DNA from: Raillietiella orientalis
Taxonomy: Eukaryota
Direction of reading: 5' to 3'
Length of the DNA stretch: 64,000 nucleotides
Assembly: GCA_036172245.1 (NCBI GenBank)
Contig: JAYWIR010000003.1
Location: forward strand, 4,340,001-4,404,000
Shown here in pieces: positions 12,996 to 25,294 of the stretch. Position numbers and translations under genes: made by a program. The number at the start of each line of letters is the position of its first letter. The first letter of the stretch is position 1. Under the pieces are notes generated by a model. The model saw only the letters and a list, made by a program, of their open reading frames with translations. It did no database searches and was not told the DNA's origin.

Positions 12996-14039
12996 TTAAT
13001 GACAGCATCCCCGATATGATTCATTCCGAAGGGGGAGGAGGGTGGAGGAGGGAAAGAAATAAAAAGAAAGAAGAAGAGGGAAGAAAAACACCGATGGGTC
13101 CGCAGCCAGTGCGGGAGCCGCTCCTGTGAGCGGAGGACGTGAGGGACATGCTGATCGAATTAACATCACGAGGATGACGCTAGTGATTTTCGCTTCCGTC
13201 AAGCCGAATCTCAGGGCAATCAATCAAACGATACATTGGGGACCGGAAGGAAAAACCGTGATGACTTTCAATTTCCCTCCGAGGATGCGTTCCTCTTCCC
13301 TGCCTGGCTGCTGCTCGAAATCTCGGAGATCCAGAGCGCTTTTGTTGGGGCTGCGGCAGCGGGAGACCTTTGCGAGGAACGTCCCTCGAAGCGCGGAGTT
13401 TGTCCCTGCGCCTTTCGTCACGGGAACGAGCTGCAAAGCGGTCCCCGCTCCTCCCCATCCCATGACTGATGCACGCGTTTCATTCCGGGCGAGGGTGGGA
13501 ATCCCTCCCCTTCCTCCTCTCCCTGATCAACCACACGAAGATGCCATCCATCATTCAGGAAGAGGTAGGGGGCATTGTGATCGACACCACGTGGAGGTGC
13601 GCCGCAAAGTGGCGAGGCAAACCCGGAGCTCCGCATCCCGAGAATTATCGGCTTCCGGGAGGATTTACCGAAGTACTGGGAAGAGAACGAGTGGGCGAAT
13701 GCGTTTATCTTGCGATGGAAAAGTGCTCATCACGCCGGAAAGAGAGAGCTCGAGTCAACTTCCTTATCAAAATATTATCTTTTCCTGCTGAAGAAGCATT
13801 GGCATGGCCCTGCAGGAGGTTCGTCTGGACCTGGACCTCCGGTGCTGCTCTGCTGCTCTTCCTATGACCCCTCGGAGCTCTGGGTCGTCTCTCTCTCGGC
13901 TGCTTGCCCTGGTGATGCTACAAAACATCCCAGGCCTTGGAAGATCAGGAAAATGCCGATTTCACATCGGATCTTGGATCGCTGCGTTGTACCGGCTGCT
14001 CCTGGAAACGGATGTAGAATCACCGCCGTCTGTCAGATT

Positions 14040-17000
14040 GGTCTTGAGATGAAAAGAAGAAAAACTCGTGAGTCAGTGCAAATTTAAGGAAGAAAAATAC
14101 CTGATCGGGTGCCCACTGGGTTCACTCCTTCATGCTCTCTGGTGGCAAAGAAATCGAGCTTTGCTGGTGGTCCCGATGAACGGATCGTCAAAGCAAAAGA
14201 AATCTCGTTTTGTTCCCGAATTGCAGCTGATCTCAAGGGTCGTGCGCCTCATCAAAGGACGCTGAGGATTCTCATCTCCATTGTCTTGCGGTGGTGCTTG
14301 AGGCAAAGGCACTTCGCTTACATACCCGAAGAGCGACCTATCCATCTTGCTGTGATGGGGTCGCTTCTGTTTCCTTCCACTTTTGCGTACGAGGAAACCA
14401 GGGAGCAGAGAGATCTCACTGAGGCAACAGGGCTAAAGCACTGACGCTTCCCAAAAGAGCACCCTGGAGTAGTGGCATCGGTCAAACAGGGATGCCTCAG
14501 GGCGGTTTGCATCCAGAAGTTATGGTCTGAAACGTCCTCGTTAGCTCCACATGCTTGCTTTTCCAGCTACCGCTGGTTGCAACGCGTAAAAGACGAGTCT
14601 GCAATGATGCCGTGATTGTAGAAGATAGGCTCGTTAACGAAGGGGGAAGTGATGCTGGATGCTGCAATCGGAAGTGAAAAGCTTACCGGCAAAAGCGTTC
14701 TGTCAAGTGGCCTCCATGCAATGCTGCCATGCAGAAAACTGATCAGCTCAAGAGCCGAGATGCGTGAGCCGGGTATACAGCGGCCCGTCGCCCTTCTGGC
14801 TTCAAAAGAGCTTCACGGAAGAGAAGACGGGTCTGATGTTCGAGCCTGATTGGAGCCTTCCAGGATGTCTCTTCTGACTCAGGAAGGAGAGGACGAGTTA
14901 CCACGGTTCAGAGTCAGCTATTCCAAGGAAGGGTTCACTCTTAAGATGGCTCCTCAGTCACTAATGACCCAGGGTCTGGTCTCGTTTTCACTGTTTCAGC
15001 GGTGGACCTAACAGCTGATCTGAATTTGGATTTCTAGAGAAAGATTAACGACAAGATAAATCCATGGATTCTCCGTTACAATGGGAAGGCACACCCAAGG
15101 TGGTCCTGGTCTCAATTGACTCAGCTTAGCTGCTCAAGAAGTCCTGAATCATTACGCAAATCTTGGCTTTTCGATCGGCTCCCTTCCCAACAGATGAGTC
15201 AGTTAGTCTGAGATGAGATGACTCTAACGAGTGGTGCCTTAGAACACAGCCGCTACTGACTCCAGAGGTATAAAAAGGTGAGCAGCTACTATGCGTGGAA
15301 GCGGGGAATTGCGCTGACAAATCAGATCAAGGTCGAAGATCTATCCAAAGAGCCACTAGGCATTTGTGACGCAGAGATTTTCCAAGATGGTCCTTTCCAC
15401 CTTTCTAGGGTTGCATCACTTCGCTCGGGAATGATTGACATTCCAGCGAAGATGACAGCATTCCAGCTTTTGCATCTCATCTATACCTGTTGGTCCTCAT
15501 TCGAAGTGGTCTTCCAGGACTTTCGGCAGCCCCTCTCCCAGTTGAACATCTGCAAATCGGCTCGACAAATAACACGCTCCAGGACTAGAAGGACATGTCC
15601 CTGCTTCCAAGAGAATTGGAATGGCTGGAAGCTGAACTCTGAAGCTTCGAGTGGGACATGCAGATGGGCAGTGTGTTTCACGAGATGGAAAGGGTGCCTG
15701 AGATGAGGAGCACCCTCTCTCCGGAGCGACACTCTTTCGCTACCTCCCACCCACCCCCTACTTCCCATCCTCGAAAGATTGAATAAAAGCACACGGAACT
15801 TTTCGGCAGGAAAGGAACCCATTGGCAAAACTCATGGGCAGCAAACGCAGAACTCAATCTCCTTAGATACGCATGAGCTGCTCGGAGTTTTGGAAACCAT
15901 CCACATCTGCGGCGAGACACGTAGAATTTTCGCAGAGTTTGGTCGAGCCGCAGTCCTCGAACATCGGCAGGGAATTCTGGGAGCAGCCACGTTGCTTACT
16001 CGACCACGTTGCGCGTTCCTGTGCGACCACCAGAGCTGAGCTCAAGGAGATGCGCTTTCCCTCCTGTCCCTGCAAGGTGCTCAGAAAAAGTCGACCGTCT
16101 TTCGTGGTTCGCTCTGTCAGCTAATCCGAGGCTCTCCGATGCAGCCGTAACCGCCCCGTGGGATCTCGCGGTTTCCTGAAGAGGAAAACATCCGCAATCT
16201 GCTGCTTTCCGCAGGATTTCACCCCCGGACCGTTCCTGAATCTCCGTGCCTCCTTGTCCCATTCAATTGCTCCACCTGGCTCCATCTCATCCAGGAATTC
16301 TCCCTGAAAGGGTTTTGAGCAGAGAGGTTTGGCTGTCCATCGAGGACAATTGGTGAGACAATGCTGGCCACAAGGCCATGGCTCTCAGCAGATCCGAGCT
16401 GCAGAAGTGATTTGCTAGTGAGAGGTCAGGTCGTCATCTCCCTTTTGGACTCTGGGGTGCTGGAGAGCTCTCAGCTGTAAAGAGGCAGACGATTTAAGGT
16501 TTTCACTGCAAAATTCTAAAAGAGATTTCCCGCAATCTTCCCGTGCTGTTAACGCGCCATCGGGTCTCCGCCAAGCAACCTGCGAGCGCTGTTTTGAAGA
16601 CCACTAACTTGATTTTCGATGCTTGCTGGTTGCTTGGCTCATCTTGCAGATCCCCCCTTGTGCACACCGAAGGCAGAGACAACATCGACAAAAATGTCGT
16701 TCCCTTTCGAGGGTTTGAAAGATCTGTTTGCTGCCTTCAGGGCCTTCCTGACCTGCCCGAGATTTTATTCTTCAAATGCGCCTTCGGGAAGAAATGCTTC
16801 AGTGCCTCTGGCCTCGCTTCCTTTTCCTCTCTCTCGCCTACATCCTCCATCGTCATGCTCGTAGTGACGCTTTTCCTAATTCCTCATCCCTTACCTTGAT
16901 TATCCAGACATTTTGCATTGCAATTTCATTCTCCAGATACACTGCAAGAGATCGCAAATAGGTTCTGCAACATGTGATCATCTTCGTCCTTTCTGAGCAC

Positions 17001-18216
17001 GGGGACTCCTCAGATACCTCAGTGAGATCGCTACTCCTGAGAGCAAGCGCGGCTCGGGAGCCGAATTTATCAGAGCTGTGCGTCTCTCAGACAGAGGAGG
17101 GAGAGCATCCAAGATTTCCCTTTGGACCATACGAGGTCATCGTTCATGAATGTGCAGTTCTCCGGATTACATCCCGTTTATCTCCTTCCCACATTGGTCC
17201 CGATTCCAGAGTCCGATCTCAAAGAAATCAAGTGATTTCACAGTTCAAGAAGCGCGCATTCCTCTCCTCCTGGAGGAGTTCCTCCAAAGACAAAAGGAAG
17301 GGCCAGATATCCATCTGGCCCTTCCTGTTGTCTTCTGGATTCTTGCGAAAGCGCCACTTTCAGGAGCTTAGAAGGAGAGAAAATCAACACGAATGATGAT
17401 GGTTCTCGTGGTTTCCTGGGTGAAGATGCATGCCGAAGAGACCAAGGGGATGGAAGCTATCGTCAGCTGGGTCCCTGTGGGTTCCTCGGACGACTGCTCC
17501 CCCTGCGTGGCTCCTTCCCAGTACGCCTCCTCCCGCTGCCGGGATTCTGCGTAACCCACCCTGGAGCTTTCGAAGGCGGGACGTGCTTTCGCCGGCTTCG
17601 CAATTAGGCGCAGGCGCGCCACGACCTCGTGCATAGTTCGGTTTGCTAAGTTGCATGTCCTGGGGGCGCAGCGAAATTTTGAGGGTCCCCTCCACCCTTC
17701 CTTCCCAGCCAAAGGATGGCATGTCATGGCTGCTGCCAGACCAAGGCACGCGCTTCAGAAGGAACACGCGCGCGTGGCTCTTTGCGACGGATCGAAAGAC
17801 AACCTCCGAGGAAACCGCAGCTGGCGAAGGCGCGTAGATCACTCGGCTAGACTTCCTTCCTCCGATCACTCGACCTTGAAAGAGTGGTGGAGACAGAGTC
17901 AGGTTTCTGGTCGGAGAGATCAGAAGGCCTGTGGTGGTCACCAAGTCCTCTTCCTTTCCTTGGGAGAGCAGCAGCTGACTTTGATTTTCCGCGACCTCGA
18001 AACCGCAGATAAATTCCTTTAGGCGGATACCTTCTCTGCCTCCTCCCTGCTCTCCCAGTCGATTGTTCCGACTGACCATTCGTTCCCGGAGAGACTGGGA
18101 CTGAGTACCAAAGAACCATTCTCCTCCTAATAAGGAAAAGGAGGAGGGGGGTATCACGAAGCTCTTTGACGCTGTGCGCGCCATCCGAGAGTGCGTTGAC
18201 TTCATCAAGTTATAGG
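14040..18216 (-). mobile_element. Near full-length but heavily decayed L1/Tx1-like LINE body (ORF1 + ORF2); its leader lies at 19392-19512 and 20230-20750
   Basis: Motif remnants in the expected order: ORF1 start 'MMKSTHSRMARTASKSFVIP', 'IIRVDFLSF*AP' (EN), 'SKQRGCSQNSLPMF' (RQGCPLS), 'CLAADVDGF' (YADD), 'PGCSFGKRQC' (zf-RVT). Confidence 0.6.
17295..17326. repeat. Perfect 14-bp inverted repeat, 4-nt loop
   Basis: AGGAAGGGCCAGAT-atcc-ATCTGGCCCTTCCT. Confidence 0.95.
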
Positions 18217-19391
18217 TTCACACCCGGGTTCGCCGGATCGTTTATTTCAGGAATAAGCATATATTGGTGGGGCCATAGGCCCTACAACGTCCGAAAAAAA
18301 GTTCGGGGCCTACCGAGTGACCGGCACTCAGGTCGGCGAGGTTCGGCTCGGCAGCGAAGGGGGAAGGCACAAACAAAAGCAAAAACAAAAAAACACTATT
18401 TACAAATACAGGGGGGCCGGGGAAGGGATCACATTTCGCTGGGGCCGTCCTCTACATCTTTTCCAAGATGTCGGCAAGTTCCATCCGGATACGTCCCAGA
18501 TGGGGTCATCAGGCTGCCGTCCTCAGGGAACCCCGGGCGAAGCAGATGGCGTCCCTATCGTGCTGTTCACCAGTGGCGTTGCTCCAGACCGCCACAATCC
18601 CATGTAGGCAGCAAAGGGCTGCTAGGACTGCAGCAGGTGAAAGAGCGTCGCTCACAAAGAGGGAGTCTCTGGGAGCGTTCGTAGGTGCACCTAGGGCCGT
18701 TGCAAAACGCAACACAGAGGCCGGAGGGCAACACAGTCAAGAAGCAGGTGAGGGAGGGATTCCTGTGCCCCGTACCTGACACAATTCGGGTTCACTGTCC
18801 CCTTCGTCCAGTGAGATCAACGGGCGCTGCTGGGGATTCTCCAGTGCAACACCAGAAACGTCGACTCCTGCCACTTCAGAGGGAGGGCCTGGGTATTCCT
18901 CAGCACTGGGGACCACTCGAGTTCTTCCAGAGGGATGCTCAGTAGCTTGCCCCAGCGCAATAGTCCTTTCGATGGGGCACTTGGGGTCGCAGCGTCAGTT
19001 AGCTGGCCAGTGGTCCAACCACCTTGCTCTCTCTTTATTACAGAGATCCTACATCGGACCTCCCATTTCGCCGGCTGCCTACTGCCCAAGTGCTTCCTAA
19101 GGTAGGGCAGAGCCGCGGCTAAGGAAGTCATCTCGGAACACGCACGCGAGGCGAGGGAGCCAGGAGGGAGAGGCTCAGGGAACCAGGAGTTGCGGCAACT
19201 CCTGTCTCCTTCCTTGTTCTGGGCCCATGTGTGAAGGCTTTCCTGCAACCAGGCAGTACCATTCGCGGGCCGGCAGGAGATCCAGTTGTTCATCCTGGTC
19301 AGCTTGGTCACGCGCCGGAGCTCCAGCCCTCAACGGAAAAGGTGCCGACGTTGGCGTTGCTCCAGGAAGATAGACAATTCCGCGCAGCCGC
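18217..19391 (-). mobile_element. 5'-truncated Tx1-like LINE insertion with 15-bp target-site duplication
   Basis: TCATCAAGTTATAGG at 18202-18216 and 19392-19406. ORF2 C-terminal motifs 'TAWLQESLHTWA' and 'WTTGQLTDAATP' are shared with 24000-25290 and 63480-64000. AATAAA near the 3' end (~18241-18246). Confidence 0.88.
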
Positions 19392-19512
19392 TCATCAAGT
19401 TATAGGGGGTACCCAGGGAGGGACCACCCTATGAATCCAGGAATGCTCCGGAGTAAAAAGTTCGCTTGACGCTTGATAGGAACCTCGAAGGGAAGCCTAT
19501 TCCCGCTTGTCC
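19392..19512 (-). mobile_element. 3' part of tRNA-headed leader, copy A
   Basis: 'caagttatagggggt...ggagggaccaccctatgaatccaggaa' matches 27396-27445 and the reverse complement of 63212-63257. Confidence 0.8.
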
Positions 19513-20218
19513 CCGATTTTCACCTAGAGGTGCCGGGGCGTTTCTCAAAATTAAAAAAAAACTCACGTATTGTATTAGGGCGCGTGGTCCGACCACATTC
19601 CGTTTGTTCACGAGCCTGGAAGGTCACCGGTAAGAAGATAGGCGAGGATCCCCTCGAAAGCGAAGACAGACAGGAGAAAAGAAAAAGAAAGAGTAAATAA
19701 AAATCTTTGGGAGAGTCAAGAAGGGATCACAGTCCACCGAGGGGAATCCCTTACATCATCTTCCGGGTGCCAGCTAGGTCCGTCCGAATAGGTCCCAGTT
19801 GGGGCCCTCTGGTCGCCATCCGCAGAAAGCGAACTGCGAACTGGACGGCGTCCTTCTCTTTTTTTCCTCCGTCGGCTTCGCTCCAGGCCCCGCAATCCCG
19901 CGGATGCAGCGAAGGGTTGCTGGAGCCAAGGCTGGCTGCAGCGCATCCCGAACAAAGAGAAGACGTGAAACGTCCCTGGGGGTGCCAACCAGGAACTGGA
20001 GGGTCGTTCGGAAACGTTTCCACAAGGGCCGTAGGGCAACGCAGTCCACAAGTAGGTGTGGGATGGAGGATTCCCGTTTCCCGCACCTGCGACATTCCGG
20101 ATTCGTCTCCCCAGCGTCCTGCGATGTCGTCGGGAGCTGCAGGGAAGACCCCAGTGCAACAGCAGAAGTACCGACCCATGCCGATTCAGGGAGAGAGTGC
20201 TGCCGTTCTTGAGCACCG
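19513..20218 (-). mobile_element. Tx1-like LINE 3' end (zf-RVT + 3' UTR); left arm of 706-bp inverted duplication
   Basis: 'CRRCGKRESSIPHLLVDCVALRPLW' is a canonical zf-RVT; near-identical to the reverse complement of 21476-22181. Confidence 0.9.
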
Positions 20219-20229
20219 GGGCCCTGCGC

Positions 20230-20750
20230 TAGGAATACCAATCAGCCGCCTAATTGTCTCCGAAGGGAACCTCAAAGGGAGCCTCTTCCTTATTCTGGAG
20301 GGGGTCACTTCTCGTTTCTTCTCCGAAGGGAACCCGCAAGGGAGCCGCTGCTTGTTCATCTCAAAGGGCGCTCCCCGAAGGGAGCAGCGCCCTTGAGAGA
20401 CGCAACCCCCCGGAAGGGTAACAACTAGTCCCATGGCGCGCGGTGGAGTGGGACCGCGAAGGGAACCGACTCCGTTTTCACAACCGCAAGGTAACCGGCT
20501 CCTTGATTTCTGGGGCAAACCCATAGGGTCAACTTCCAATCCAGGCCAATCAACGGGAGTGACCACAAGCATCAGGCTTCCACCAGTGCCACGCCCTAAG
20601 TCTTTCGGCGTCATTCTTCGTGTGGGACTCCGAAGTCCACGACGCAGCCCATTCTCGGTGTTGATCCCTCCCTCCTCGAGCAAGATTCGAACCCGCGACT
20701 CGCGGTGCCACACGCCGAGACAGCAGCCATGGGGCCGCCAGCGCGGGCGG
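20230..20750 (-). mobile_element. tRNA-headed leader, copy A (5' part)
   Basis: B-box GGTTCGAATC (complement at 20684-20693), conserved core 20500-20547, GCTCCC-TTCG-GGGAGC hairpin (20370-20385). Confidence 0.8.
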
Positions 20751-20939
20751 AGGTCGGAGTGGAGCGAGTCGTGCGTGCCGTCCGAAGTGCCGGGTAGCAG
20801 CCTTTCCCGCTGGCGCCTCGCTGTCTCGACTCCTTGGATTCCTGCCGGCCGCTGTTCCGGCGTCAGCAGGCGACGTCCCTTGGACTCATCACGTTAGGCG
20901 TGGAGACGACAGCAACAAGGAGAAAAAAAAAAAAAAGAA

Positions 20940-21470
20940 GCGAGGAGTGGTTCGCTTGCCCTCCGACGAGTGCTCGAGTCGTTCAAGGCCTCAGGAGCAT
21001 CGCCTGCACGAAATTCGAAGCATCCCAGAGACCGATCCGTCCCGCGCCATCAATTCCTTTGCGTCCCCGGAAGCGGCTTCAGACAGATCGAGACGCTCGG
21101 GGAGGAGGAGGAGTCTCGGAGTATTTTCCTGAAAAATGCAATCTCCTCGACGTCAGGCACGGGAAGGCATTCCTGCAACGTCATTCCTCATCACGAGCAG
21201 CAAGAGGACCCTATCCAAGAGTGCCGCTTTTTCCACTCGAATCTCGGAGACACCTCTCCCTCCTCCCCTCCTTAGTCAGAGGCGCGTCGATCATTCTCTG
21301 GAAAGAAGAGGAGAACGGAGCAATGAAGGAGGACGGCATTTCTGCCGAATTCCTCTTTCGGTTCTCCTCGCTTCCGCACACCCAGCATCATCCCTACGAA
21401 TTAAAACGCTGCCTCCCACGGTTTTCCTCTGGGGAGAGCTGCTCGGCACTCTTAATCAAGACCAGGAATG
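20940..21470 (+). mobile_element. Decayed LINE endonuclease fragment
   Basis: 'NLLDVRH...SSRAARGP...ILWKEE' loosely follows the APE L-D-W / SRLD / WK motif order. Confidence 0.3.
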
Positions 21471-21475
21471 AACCT

Positions 21476-22181
21476 CGGTGCTCAAGAACGGCAGCACTCT
21501 CTCCCTGAATCAGCATGGGTCGGTACTTCTGCTGTTGCACTGGGGTCTTCCCTGCAGCTCCCGACGACATCGCAGGACGCTGGGGAGACGAATCCGGAAT
21601 GTCGCAGGTGCGGGAAACGGGAATCCTCCATCCCACACCTACTTGTGGACTGCGTTGCCCTACGGCCCTTGTGGAAACGTTTCCGAACGACCCTCCAGTT
21701 CCTGGTTGGCACCCCCAGGGACGTTTCACGTCTTCTCTTTGTTCGGGATGCGCTGCAGCCAGCCTTGGCTCCAGCAACCCTTCGCTGCATCCGCGGGATT
21801 GCGGGGCCTGGAGCGAAGCCGACGGAGGAAAAAAAGAGAAGGACGCCGTCCAGTTCGCAGTTCGCTTTCTGCGGATGGCGACCAGAGGGCCCCAACTGGG
21901 ACCTATTCGGACGGACCTAGCTGGCACCCGGAAGATGATGTAAGGGATTCCCCTCGGTGGACTGTGATCCCTTCTTGACTCTCCCAAAGATTTTTATTTA
22001 CTCTTTCTTTTTCTTTTCTCCTGTCTGTCTTCGCTTTCGAGGGGAGCCCCTCCTATCTTCTTACCGGTGACCTGCCAGGCTCGTGAACAAACGGAATGTG
22101 GTCGGACCACGCGCCCTAATATAATACGTGAGTTTTTTTTTAATTTTGAGAAACGCCCCGGCACCTCCAGATAAAAATCGG
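21476..22181 (+). mobile_element. Tx1-like LINE 3' end; right arm of 706-bp inverted duplication
   Basis: ORFs essentially identical to the left arm (21468..21920 vs 19774..20241); zf-RVT motif. Confidence 0.9.
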
Positions 22182-22249
22182 CAGCCACCTCCGAGTTCTG
22201 CGCCCCTTTCGGTTGCCGCGCAAGGATCACAAGGAAGAGTGCGTTCCCT

Positions 22250-23900
22250 CCAGTCAACGACAGGAAGCGCGAGTTGGATTGAAAGTCATCTCCGAATAAA
22301 ATTCCTTCATTGCATCACGCGGCACCAGCCTCGTGGAAGTTATCGGTTAAGATGTACGGAAGACAAAAAAAAGAACATCGCGAGAAGACCATGCCTTGCG
22401 ATGGGCAGCGCCGGGCCTGGAGGAATGGTCCATTCAACTGGGGCACCTTCAGTTGGCAGATTATAGATTTGCTCTTCTGCCCGTAAGGTCATCGCCCACC
22501 AGGGAAAACACCGACTGCCTGAGCAGGAGGTGAACAGGATGGAAGTGATCTGCCTCGTGATCACATACTCAAGAGGTGCTCCGGCAGACACACGACGATT
22601 CAACGGAGGGGCCGCCGCGAGGCGTCAGGATCCAGCTACACTCCAGTCGAGCTATTCCTGGAACAGGTTCGAAACAAGATGGCGGATGCAGATGCTTCAG
22701 GGAGAGGGGAGGGTAGCCATAGTGGACGTCGCCGGGGCATAGAGTATGTCCTCCAAGGACATTGGAAAAGGCGAGGGGGACCTAGGCGAACGAGCTTGGC
22801 GGACCGTTTCCTCACTCCGCCTCCGAACGAGAAACTGAAGCTGGATTTCTGGGAGACCTTGGGATGCGGAGAGCTATGGAGGACCGAGAGCTGAAGATTC
22901 CCAAGAAGCAGTCAGAGCACATCAGAAAAGAGAGGATGTGCTGGAGAGTTGAGTGTTCCCTGGGATGACATGCTGAAAACACTCGGGTGGGTCACCTCCC
23001 ACAACGAGAAAACCTGCGAAACTCACAGGAAGGGTCAAAAGGGAGAGAGACGATCCATCATCGCGTCCCCTTTCTGCACGGCGGACAAAAATGATTTTAC
23101 ATACGCAAATTCGAAAGAAACGCTTAATCTCTATGAGGTGGATGCCGATGCTCTTCCTACCAGCTGCTTCTCGGAGTACCTCCACTGCCACAAAGGTGGA
23201 ACTCCTAAAGTTCATCCCTCTGTGGCTTTAACGTCCCTGCTTCGGAGCATTAGGTTCAGAGGAAGCTTTCAGCAAGGCGGGTACCTTGGGAAGCAAATCT
23301 CTGTGAGCCCACAAAGGAGAATCCAGGAAACCTACGAGGAATGGGAACCAGGAGCCGTGGCCGAACACTTCCACCTACTCCTGGAAATTGCTTGTTCCTC
23401 TCGATCTCCTGCCTCCCTCATGACGTGTATCCTTTTCATCGTGACATTTCTGCGGGAGAAAGGGGATGAAATGCTGCGCGGCGGGAGCATCAAGAGACGG
23501 AAACCAGGCGCTGCCCGAACTCCCGGAGCATTGATCTCACTTTCGCCAGACGACGTTCGTCACCACTCTTGGTGAAGGCCCTTGTCGAGAACTCAACTTT
23601 TAGGAGTTTTTCCTCTTCCTGGGAAGAGCAAAGCAGCGCGGGAGCGCGTTCGCTGCAGCCGCTAGTCTTCAGTCGTTGCCCACTGTCGCAGGAAGTTCGG
23701 AGGTCACCACGCTGATTTTTCTCCGGGGACGTAGGAACGACGGAATCATGCCCAGAGGTCGTTCTCATGGGTTCCTTTTCCGCATCAGACCTCCGGGATC
23801 TCACCGGTGGATTCGCTACCACCACCAAGATCTGCTCCGACGGCGACTCCAGACGACCCAAACTCTTCTGCGCTCACCACCTCCACCCTCCCATTCGCCG
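22250..23900 (+). mobile_element. Decayed LINE ORF1/endonuclease fragment
   Basis: Knuckle-like 'CRCFRERG' (~22686), 'NDFTYANSK' (EN FTW-like), 'RPPGSH' (KSPG-like). Confidence 0.35.
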
Positions 23901-23969
23901 GAGCCTGAGATACCTGCGGTCCTCTGGTGGAGAAACGCCGGAAGGCAGGAACAGCTCTGTCCCGGGGAT

Positions 23970-25294
23970 GGAAAAACCTCCGGGGAATTTATTAGAAGAA
24001 ATAATTAAAAAAATACATTTATGTACATACTATACTACAAAAGACTCATGGAACCTGACGAACACCGGTACGCAGACCGGCAAGGCCCATTTTGGCAGCG
24101 AAGAAGAGAGAAACAAAAACAAAGAAAACAAGCAAACGAAAAAAAGATGGGAAAGTTTTACTCGGGTGGGGGAGAATAAATGAAGGAGACGTCCTCTGCA
24201 TCCTGTCCAAGATGCTGGCAAGTTTGCTGCGGATGTTGCCCAGGTGGGGCCATCTCGTGGTGGTCCTCAAAAGAGTTTCCGACCAGTGGCGTCCCTTCCA
24301 TTCTGGTATCTTCCTGCATTCCGGGCCGCCACGGTCCCACGAAGGCAGCAGGGAACTGCGAGGGACGCTGGCGGCAATGCGGCACGCGCGAAGAGGCGTT
24401 CGAAAATGTCCCTGGGGCCTCCCACTGGGATTCTAATGGTCGTCGCTAGGCGATCTCAAAGGAGTCAAGTGGGCAGCACGGTCTAGAAGCAGATGCGGGA
24501 GCGTTTCCCTTTCCCCGCACCTATCCCACTCCGCAACCACACTCCTCCGTGTCCAGTGGTGGAGGCGCGCTTTGCATGGGATTCTCTAATGCAAGACCAG
24601 CAACACCAACTCCTGACGCTTGAGGGAGAGGGTGCAAGTGTTCGAGCACGCTGGGGGCCACCCTATGTCCTTCGGAAGGATAGCGAGCAGCTCGCCCCAG
24701 CGTAGATGACCTTGGGGTGGGATTCGGAGTTGCAGCATCCGTGATTTTCAGAGTTGTCCACGCATCCAGAAGTTTCCTCCTTTTTTCAATGCAGAAAGTC
24801 GCATTCCACGTTTCTGGATGGTCGCTGCCCCTTGCTTTCCCTAAGGAGGGCAGCACCGGGGCAAAAGAGCTAAACGAAGCCCACAGCATCTTGCGTGAGT
24901 TGCACACCATCTCTTCCAGCAACTGACGTGCGCATCTGCCTCGTCTCAGACAGGCGAACTCCGCCTCGCTCGAGCCGTTGATCTTTCCCCATACAAGAAA
25001 TGACTCTTGAAGCCAGGCAGTGCAGTTCGTAGGGAGGGAGAGATCCAGATGCTCTCCTCTACCAAGACAATCACCTGCCGAAGTTGATAGCAGTAGAAGG
25101 CTAGACTTCGCGGGTTGGCGACGAGAACCGGAATCGGTCCGTCGCGGCCGGCTGCCCTCTTGGCGAGGAGGCGTGCTGGCGCGCATCAAGGCTTGGTACG
25201 CAACTTCTCCTCAAAGTCTTCGAAATCGGAGCTGACTCTCCACCCGCTCCAGCCCTCACCCAACAGAGTTGAGTGCGGGCTCGACGCTTGAGAG
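23970..25294 (-). mobile_element. 5'-truncated Tx1-like LINE (ORF2 C-terminus + 3' UTR)
   Basis: 'DRCGERETLPHLLLD' zf-RVT (~24480-24530), 'TAWLQESFLVWG', 'WTTLKITDAATP', U-rich 3' UTR and AATAAA (~23986-23991). Confidence 0.82.

Noticed and set aside
19513..22181. DNA transposon with long TIRs
   Set aside because: The arms are LINE 3' ends; no TSD or transposase.
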